Shown here in pieces: positions 48,724 to 55,617 of a DNA stretch of 55,617 nt. How positions within the stretch are numbered: position 1 is the stretch's first letter; every line of letters begins with the position of its first letter. Both the position numbers and the translations under genes were made by a program. The stretch covers positions 25,277-80,893 of the forward strand of contig JBHLMP010000011.1 in NCBI GenBank assembly GCA_048938025.1, written 5' to 3'. Below the pieces are notes generated by a model, which had not been told where the DNA came from, ran no database searches, and saw only the letters and a program-made list of their open reading frames with translations. Origin of the DNA: Promethearchaeota archaeon (GTDB lineage: Archaea; Asgardarchaeota; Lokiarchaeia; Sigyniarchaeales; SOKP01).

Positions 48724-49803
48724 TTACATTTTAAAGGGTAATTTTGTATTATGCGGAATAGTGTCGATATATTTCTTTCTAAATTCTTCATTTAACATAG
48801 GACATTCTTTCTTAACCCAATTTTCAGAAAACATAGAATGACTCCACATTCTTTCTAAAATTTCTTTTAGAGGTTCTTTCCTTACATTTCCAAATGTGAG
48901 TGGCATAAAACAACAAGGCATAACATCACCATATGGAGAAATATAAAAATAGACATTATCTGATAACCCTCTACACTTACTACTCGATTGAGTTTGAAAA
49001 TAGAAATCTCTACATACATATGGAAAGTCTACTATTTTCCTAACTTTCCTCTCTTCTTCACGGCTTAATTTAACCTCAGGATTATGTAACCATCTTCCTG
49101 TTGCTGTAGGTAATAAATATCGTACTCCATTTGCACCCAATTTTTTTGATAATTTTATCACATCTTCAAACTCACCATTAGCTAGATTTTCCTTTGTTAT
49201 ATATGTCGATAAAGCGCATTTTAATCTTACATCTAAAGCATTTTTTATACCTTGAACCGCATTGTTAAATAATCCTTTCATACCTCGTAATTTATCATGT
49301 TTTTCTGGAATTGGGCTGTCTATACTAACATAAAGCAATTCCAAGCCACTATCCCTCAATTGTTTCGCATAATCTTTCGTGATTTTAATCCCATTTGTAT
49401 CACAGAACACGTATACTGATCTTTCTGAAGCATACTTTATTAATTCCATTAAATCCGAACGCATTGTAGGTTCCCCTCCAAAAAAATTAATGACAAACGC
49501 TTTAGTAGACTGATCTAGTATATCCTTAATTTCATCAGTTGTAAGTTCTCGAGGGGGTTCATTTTTATAATTCCCTACACAACAATGTGGACATCTAAGT
49601 TGACAATTATATGTTATTCCAAACATAAGATAAAAAACATCGGCTCCTCCTCTAACTCCTCCTCTCTCTTCATTAAACCACTTTTCCATTCTCGGTTGAT
49701 CATAAGTTAGCGGTATTTTATAGTCTTCCCATAACTCTCTGTCTTCAGTAAATCTTTCATCTTCTTCTTCTATTTCCATATAAATTGCCTTTTGTTCAAT
49801 CAA
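48724..49803 (-). CDS. Radical SAM protein with SPASM/twitch domain
   Basis: CQLRCPHC, FFGGEP, GDVMPCC...FGNVR. Confidence 0.9.
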   Translation of the reverse strand: MIEQKAIYMEIEEEDERFTEDRELWEDYKIPLTYDQPRMEKWFNEERGGVRGGADVFYLMFGITYNCQLRCPHCCVGNYKNEPPRELTTDEIKDILDQSTKAFVINFFGGEPTMRSDLMELIKYASERSVYVFCDTNGIKITKDYAKQLRDSGLELLYVSIDSPIPEKHDKLRGMKGLFNNAVQGIKNALDVRLKCALSTYITKENLANGEFEDVIKLSKKLGANGVRYLLPTATGRWLHNPEVKLSREEERKVRKIVDFPYVCRDFYFQTQSSSKCRGLSDNVYFYISPYGDVMPCCFMPLTFGNVRKEPLKEILERMWSHSMFSENWVKKECPMLNEEFRKKYIDTIPHNTKLPFKM

Positions 49804-50118
49804 TTAAATTGGAGTATTAATTAATGGTAAAATTGATTTTTTAATATTTAAAACTTACTTGACTTTCCATGCAAATCAAAGTTGGCGATGATACCATTTC
49901 CATTTATTAAATCCCAATTTTATCAAAATCATTATATTTCCAGAGATGAATATTACAAATTTTAATATTGATAAATTGGTGTGGAAAATCTTATACTATC
50001 ATAAATTGGTAATTTAAAAATAAATTTCTTTTAACTTAACTAACAAAACTGTCAAAAGATTTAAATATTTGATTTGATCTGTAAGTAATGTAAACCTTTT
50101 AAAAAATGGATATACATT

Positions 50119-50805
50119 ATGAAAAATCATATAAAAATTGTAATTATTTGTCTTGCTTGTTTAATGGCATTCTCAGCTTTAACTCCAATGGTATATGGAG
50201 GTATAACAATAGATGATACAACCTTTCCTGCTGATGTTGGCAAAAGATATGTATGGAGATACACACATCCTTCTGTCCCTTCTGGCTTTAAATTTGGTTT
50301 TACAGCTGATTCAATAACTCAAGGGACCCATAATTTTGTAGAGTCATTAATTGTATATGCTACAATAGAAATGTATATCCCTGTCAATAATACAGGATGG
50401 ACAATCCTTATCCCTAGTGAATTTTATTTAGCTGCCAATGAAACTCAAGGTTATCTTTACTTTAACAATACAATTTCCGGGTGGCCGTTTGTAATAACCA
50501 CACCCATAAATTTAACATTAGTAGGTGAAGTTATAGTTAATTTCTCGGATTATGATTTTTATTCTATTGATAAAAATACAATTATTTTTGAGTATCGTAG
50601 TATAAGAGAAGAATATACTTTTAAAAATAATGGTTTTTTATCTGTTGCAGAAGCATACCATTATGAAGAATTGATGTATAAGCTTGTTTATGGTGTTGGG
50701 GGAGATAAAGCGATTCCTTTTAATAATTACTTTATTGTACCGGCTTTTGTTACTATAGCTATTATATCCATATTCGTTAAAAAGCGGTGTTCACAAATTA
50801 AATAA
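50119..50805 (+). CDS. Secreted/surface hypothetical protein with C-terminal membrane anchor
   Basis: Signal peptide; several N-x-S/T sequons; IPFNNY + TM + KKR tail. Confidence 0.75.
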   Translation: MKNHIKIVIICLACLMAFSALTPMVYGGITIDDTTFPADVGKRYVWRYTHPSVPSGFKFGFTADSITQGTHNFVESLIVYATIEMYIPVNNTGWTILIPSEFYLAANETQGYLYFNNTISGWPFVITTPINLTLVGEVIVNFSDYDFYSIDKNTIIFEYRSIREEYTFKNNGFLSVAEAYHYEELMYKLVYGVGGDKAIPFNNYFIVPAFVTIAIISIFVKKRCSQIK

Positions 50806-51052
50806 GAACTACACGTAAAAATTAAAAATAAAATTATGGTCTCTTTTTTTTATTTCTAAAACTAAATTCAAGGCATTTTAAAGAACTTAAAAATTTATGG
50901 GAATGAGGAACCTTAAGAGAGTGTTAATTAAACTAAAAAAAAAAATCAATATTCCTCTTCCTATTTGATTTTAACATTACACTTATTAATTCTTACACGA
51001 ACTTTTAATTAAGTATATATTTTCTTATGAAATTTTTAGTTAGAAGATAAGT

Positions 51053-52207
51053 ATGGAAATAACTAGAAGCGAAGATTGTCTAATATTTAATGGTCTTACA
51101 CCTGAAATTACTAAGCTGGATAAAGTCTATGATGCTATCGCAGAATTCATGAATAAAAAACAAGCGAATGATCCATCCGATAGATTTAATTTTATTGTGT
51201 TTCAAGAAGATGGTCCAAATTATTTAAATAATTTTACTTTATACCCTGAATATATTATAAACACACTAAAATCGTTAAATGCCACATTAACTAGAGCTAA
51301 TGTAGCGGGAGGAATTTTTGTGGCTGTAACATTCATAATTGATGTATTTAAGAAAATTTCTGATAAATTTTTTCGTTTACTTATTCTAGTGGATAAAGGT
51401 TCTCGAAGAATTCCACCCCAATTTGTTCCAGTTTTGGAAGATCTAATTGATAAAGTTAAAGATATGCCTTTTTTCATAGATGTTATACGTATTGATGACT
51501 ATGATCTCCAAGAAGGAGGAAAACTGAATAAATTAACTAAAGCTTGTAAGGGTAAGTTATATGAAATTGATAGAATTCGAGATCTTTTCCCGTTATTAGA
51601 AAAACTTTCAGAAAAGAAATATATTAAAATACCTGAATTTTATTTTAAACCAAGTGCTCCCTACATTCCAGATGAAAACCAGCCGTTTTATATTAATCTA
51701 GCTGATGCTCCAATAGAGGTACTGGAAACATCTACATGTTCTATTTGCTTTCAAAAAGATAATTATAATATTGTACAATGTCCATCATGTGAAACTTTAG
51801 CACATAAGACATGTTGGGCTCAATGGGCTAAAACTACTAATATTGGAATTCCTCATGTCTTTAGATGTCATAATTGTTTTAATATATTAAAACTTGATAG
51901 GGATTTTGTTCATGATGTTCAAGCAGGGAAAATACCTACGGCAGAAAAATTAAAAGAAATAAAAGCGCGAAATATTGTTGAATATTTACAGGATTTAGAA
52001 GCTGAGAAAAAACCAGAAATTATTCAAGTTCCAGATCCAATGGCATTAGAAGGGGTTGCTACTGAATATATTGAAGATATTCCTCTGGAAAATCATAAAA
52101 ATGAAAGAAAACAGTCTAGTATAAATGTTATTATTTGTCCTAATTGTAGTAAGATAACTACAAGTATGAAAAAAAATTGCCCTTACTGTGGATTTGAATT
52201 ATTTTAA
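51053..52207 (+). CDS. vWA-like domain + C4HC3 RING/PHD-like finger + zinc ribbon
   Basis: DRFNFIVF...RLLILVD...IDVI vWA-like strands; CSIC-x10-CPSC-x4-HKTC(WAQW)...CHNC; C-terminal CPNC...CPYC. Confidence 0.75.
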   Translation: MEITRSEDCLIFNGLTPEITKLDKVYDAIAEFMNKKQANDPSDRFNFIVFQEDGPNYLNNFTLYPEYIINTLKSLNATLTRANVAGGIFVAVTFIIDVFKKISDKFFRLLILVDKGSRRIPPQFVPVLEDLIDKVKDMPFFIDVIRIDDYDLQEGGKLNKLTKACKGKLYEIDRIRDLFPLLEKLSEKKYIKIPEFYFKPSAPYIPDENQPFYINLADAPIEVLETSTCSICFQKDNYNIVQCPSCETLAHKTCWAQWAKTTNIGIPHVFRCHNCFNILKLDRDFVHDVQAGKIPTAEKLKEIKARNIVEYLQDLEAEKKPEIIQVPDPMALEGVATEYIEDIPLENHKNERKQSSINVIICPNCSKITTSMKKNCPYCGFELF

Positions 52208-52242
52208 AGGAATTTACAGGTTTCTTGCATTTTTATTAATTT

Positions 52243-53604
52243 TCAAACATACTCTATCCGTCCGATTGCTCTGAATGGTAATTCACCATGGAATTTGTCA
52301 TAATCAAAAATTCTTCTTCCATCTATGAGATTTGGGGTTTTCATTTTATTCTTAAAATCGTTGGGAGTTAATTTTTTGAACTCATCCCATTCAGTGATTA
52401 AGAAAGCACATTCAGATTCTTTTAATGCTTTTTCTATATTTTCAGCATATTGAATTTTATCTCCCAACTCTTTTTTAGCTGTTTCATTTGCTTTAGGGTC
52501 ATAACCAACAATGTTAGTAATATTTCTTTTTAATAATTCATTAACAATCCTAATACTTGGTGCTCCTCTCATATCGTCCGTGCCTGGCTTAAATGAAAGA
52601 CCTAATAAGGTTACTCTCCTCCCTGCTAATTTACCAGCTAAATCTTCAGCAATATCAATAATTTTAATTGCCTGATCATCATTTATATCCAGAACTGCTT
52701 CTAATAATCTAGAATGATATCCTTTGGCTTTCGCCCATGCTTTAATAGCATTTACATCCTTATGAAAGCAAGCACCACCAAAACCTACACCGGCACCTAA
52801 GAATCTTGGATTAATTCTATAATCTAATCCAACACCTTTCATAACTTGGACAATATCAACATTGGGAACCAATTGGGCAAAATTAGCAAATTCATTAGCA
52901 TAACTAATTTTTGTAGATAAAAGGCAATTATTACCATATTTAACTAATTCAGCACTTTCTAAATTCATTCTTAAGATTGGACAATTTTTTAAATGATCTC
53001 CGTAGAAATAATCATAGAATTCTTGAAGCATCGCTCCACTCTTTTCATCAAATTCTCCGATAATGATTCTATCTGGATGCAAAGTATCTTCAATAGATCG
53101 ACCTTCAGCTAAAAATTCTGGTTGCATACATAATCCAAAATCTTTCCCTGGTTCCTTTCCAGATATTTCTGTAATAATTTTTCCTACTAAATTTCTCGTG
53201 GTTCCAGGAACGACAGTAGATCGAACAACTACCAAATGATATTGATCTTTTTTCTTCAAACTTTCTCCTATTTCTCTTGCTGTACTCTCAATGAAACTTA
53301 GATCAATACTTTTATCTTCTCTCATTGGAGTTCCTTGAGTAATCATTGAAATATCTGTCTCAAGTACTGCTTTAATGGGATCTAATGAGCAAGTTAACAA
53401 TTCTGGTTTTGTTTTCTTGATCTCATCCAAAATTTCTTGGAGATTCGCTTCATAAAAAGGGGCTATTCCAGAATTGATCATTTCCGCTTTTTTTTGATTG
53501 TGAGTTGAAGCAATAACTTTAATATCTTTTTGAGCAAAACAGGCTGCACTACATAAACCAATGAAACCCGTTCCTAAGATACTTATTGAATATTTATAGA
53601 CCAT
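52243..53604 (-). CDS. ugd: UDP-glucose/GDP-mannose 6-dehydrogenase
   Basis: GTGFIG, RSTVVPGT, PEFLAEG, GFGGACFHKD, FKPGTDDMR, DGRR. Confidence 0.93.
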   Translation of the reverse strand: MVYKYSISILGTGFIGLCSAACFAQKDIKVIASTHNQKKAEMINSGIAPFYEANLQEILDEIKKTKPELLTCSLDPIKAVLETDISMITQGTPMREDKSIDLSFIESTAREIGESLKKKDQYHLVVVRSTVVPGTTRNLVGKIITEISGKEPGKDFGLCMQPEFLAEGRSIEDTLHPDRIIIGEFDEKSGAMLQEFYDYFYGDHLKNCPILRMNLESAELVKYGNNCLLSTKISYANEFANFAQLVPNVDIVQVMKGVGLDYRINPRFLGAGVGFGGACFHKDVNAIKAWAKAKGYHSRLLEAVLDINDDQAIKIIDIAEDLAGKLAGRRVTLLGLSFKPGTDDMRGAPSIRIVNELLKRNITNIVGYDPKANETAKKELGDKIQYAENIEKALKESECAFLITEWDEFKKLTPNDFKNKMKTPNLIDGRRIFDYDKFHGELPFRAIGRIEYV

Positions 53605-53788
53605 TATTTATTTCATTCTCTGTCAATTCTAATTATTAACTAAAATAAAGAATTCTAATTAAAATTTTTTTAAATAATTTCTCAAAATAGATTGATAAAA
53701 CGGATTACAAAAAAAAAATTTCAATATTAAATAAATTGCAAAATTCAATAATCTTGATTTATTTTATTATAAAGATTTTTTAAAAAAA

Positions 53789-55429
53789 TTATCTTTCAAA
53801 TTTTTTCCCATCAGTGTAATTTCCTGGATCTGAAGCATTATTTGGATCAAATTCGTATTTGATTGCTTTCATCCATGTGTGGTAATTACTTGTAATCGGT
53901 CCAAAAAGATCGCATTGATGTATGGTTCCTTCCATATCCCCTATACCCAAACCAATTCCAAGAGGATGTATTTTATTTGCCTCTATTACCGAATTAAGGT
54001 AATGAATCGCAGCTTTACGAGAGGTTTCGTCTGTAATATCGTACATAAATAACTCTTCTAAATGAGAAAATGTTCCTCCTTCATAGGGATTCCCCCAAAC
54101 ATTATCTGCTCCATCATCAACTAATCCCCCAGTATCAATCGCTTTTTGTTTTAATCTTTCTCCGATTTTAGCACCCTCGACGCACCAATCCCAACTTCCC
54201 AGAGCACCTAAAGATGTATGAAAACCTCCACCTGCTCTAAATACTCCTCTCGTTGTATTACATTGCCTCACTATTGCCATAAAAGCTAAAGCTTTCATCG
54301 GCTTAATTTGTGTAATGGGATTATATTCGCCATTTGTTTTTTCGACTATGTGATTCAACACTTTTTGCCGGTACTCAAATTCTTTTTCATTATCAGCCAC
54401 AATAATTACTATCAATTCGTGACCTCCTCTATGAGCTAAATCTTGAAAAATTTTTTCTGTATACATTGTTGTATTATTAGGAGCAGATGCTAAAGCCAAA
54501 TCGAATCCTTGTATTCTACAAAGACCCCAACATATCTCTGAATAAGCTAATAAATAACCTGCCTCTTTGAAATCTTCCCAGTCGTCCCAAATAATGTGAT
54601 AAGCGTCGCAATTCTTTGGCATCCTATTTTTAACTAAGCTGTAATTTGGAGAACGACCTTGAATTTTCAGCATTTTTGGCCCAGGCCAATCGTAAATCTT
54701 TATAGCCGCCTTTGTAAAAACGCCCATACCTCCAAATGCTCCAAAATAACCTCTATATACTCCACGTATGCTTGGTCCTGGACCATCAGCAAGAAACCAT
54801 TCAGAAGCGTCAATTTCCTTGTTAGGATCCTCAGCACCCTCAAATGAACCCCAAGAACCTATTCTGCATACATTACCTTCAGGCATAACCCATTCTGCTC
54901 CGACAATGTTTCTATTAGAAAATCCTGTTGAAATTCCGGTCCAACCTTGCCCGCACATACTTGTGACTGTTACTAATTGGGATCCATTCGCACCACAACC
55001 AGCAATGTGACAGTTTAATCCTAATTTAAAAAGTTCCGTTTGAAGTTGACCGCTAATCACATAAGGTTCGACCACGGCAATCATATTTTTTGGATCGATG
55101 TCTAAAATTTTATTCATTCTTCGACAATCTAATATTATAACCATATCTTCCCGTCCAGCACAATTATGAGCACCCCAACCAGTACTTTGTGCTTTAAACT
55201 GCAACCCATTTTCATTGCAGTATTTCACAATTTTCACGATCTCGTCTGTAGTAGAAGGTAAGACAACGCATATTGGGCGATTCGTAAATTTAGATTCTCC
55301 CTCTGTCGCAAGATCTGCAAGATATTGATATGCATAGTTGTCTAATAAATAATCATCAGAGTTAGCGAATTTATTACCTACAATACTTTGCATTGCGATT
55401 AAAACTTCATTTCTGTCTATTCTACTCAT
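53789..55429 (-). CDS. FAD-binding oxidoreductase (VAO / GlcD-like family)
   Basis: VVLPSTTDEIVKIV, LDCRRMNKI, GVFTK, FDPNNASDPG. Confidence 0.85.
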   Translation of the reverse strand: MSRIDRNEVLIAMQSIVGNKFANSDDYLLDNYAYQYLADLATEGESKFTNRPICVVLPSTTDEIVKIVKYCNENGLQFKAQSTGWGAHNCAGREDMVIILDCRRMNKILDIDPKNMIAVVEPYVISGQLQTELFKLGLNCHIAGCGANGSQLVTVTSMCGQGWTGISTGFSNRNIVGAEWVMPEGNVCRIGSWGSFEGAEDPNKEIDASEWFLADGPGPSIRGVYRGYFGAFGGMGVFTKAAIKIYDWPGPKMLKIQGRSPNYSLVKNRMPKNCDAYHIIWDDWEDFKEAGYLLAYSEICWGLCRIQGFDLALASAPNNTTMYTEKIFQDLAHRGGHELIVIIVADNEKEFEYRQKVLNHIVEKTNGEYNPITQIKPMKALAFMAIVRQCNTTRGVFRAGGGFHTSLGALGSWDWCVEGAKIGERLKQKAIDTGGLVDDGADNVWGNPYEGGTFSHLEELFMYDITDETSRKAAIHYLNSVIEANKIHPLGIGLGIGDMEGTIHQCDLFGPITSNYHTWMKAIKYEFDPNNASDPGNYTDGKKFER

Positions 55430-55617
55430 TTTTTCATCAACTCCAATACTAATTGATTGATATCTCTATATTGAAGATCTTTCCCCATGTCTGAGATTGC
55501 ATCTTCAAAATTAGTCTTACAAAATGGACAGGCACTAATGATAAATTTCTCAGTATCTCTTTCTTTTGAAGCTTCTTTTAGAACAAATTCCGCCTCTTCA
55601 AGACGATTTTTTGCCGC
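55426..55617 (-). CDS. C-terminus of CCG-domain Fe-S oxidoreductase (partial)
   Basis: Hand translation AAKNRLEEAE...IISACPFCKTNFEDA...DINQLVLELMKK*; stop overlaps the next ATG. Confidence 0.8.
   Translation of the reverse strand, partial: AAKNRLEEAEFVLKEASKERDTEKFIISACPFCKTNFEDAISDMGKDLQYRDINQLVLELMKK

Noticed and set aside
49855-50002. Possible gene remnant on the minus strand (...KLGFNKWKWYHRQL*FAWKVK*)
   Set aside because: Short, interrupted, and no family recognised with confidence.
4530-55010. Many short antisense or nested ORFs in the track (e.g. 6965..7315, 18791..19048, 28647..28934, 32542..32808, 41646..41930, 54768..55010)
   Set aside because: They lie within well-supported genes on the other strand or frame and show no motifs; shadow ORFs.
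1-55617. CRISPR arrays, tRNA/rRNA genes, transposases, integrases, inteins
   Set aside because: No periodic repeat-spacer pattern, GC-rich structured RNA, recombinase motif or intein-sized insertion (including in nrdJ) seen by eye.

Overview
An AT-rich archaeal window that looks like Asgard Lokiarchaeia/Promethearchaeota (IPGY-TM-KK Loki-CTERM-like tails, longin-GTPase fusion, ubiquitin components, Fwd, HdrB, a UGA-recoded peroxiredoxin). It holds about 50 CDS, and I saw no rRNA, tRNA, CRISPR array or transposase. Main points: (1) Three paralogous loci (5.6-10.7 kb and 16.7-19.4 kb) encode TM-hairpin + left-handed beta-helix modules in a fixed M1-M2 / M3 layout resembling the terminal region of Pls/PosA-type poly-amino-acid synthetases, with a divergent stand-alone GH3-like adenylating enzyme. 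This is a candidate split, membrane-bound acyl/aminoacyl polymerase or transferase system; one copy is broken only by an A12 tract. (2) A ubiquitin locus at the left edge that the ORF track largely missed: a pro-ubiquitin C-terminus (...RVIGG-FLKT*), a disrupted E2, a JAMM protease and a longin-GTPase. (3) A UxxC selenoprotein peroxiredoxin-like gene at 13040-13519. (4) A tandem array of proX-[cargo]-korA units with decayed 5' copies of both flanking genes and a fold-back palindrome at one junction. The remainder is mostly core metabolism (nrdJ, mtaB, alaX, hdrB, fwdGFDBC, fdhD, korAB, FAD/Fe-S oxidoreductases, ugd). All family calls come from motif recognition by eye; no searches were run.
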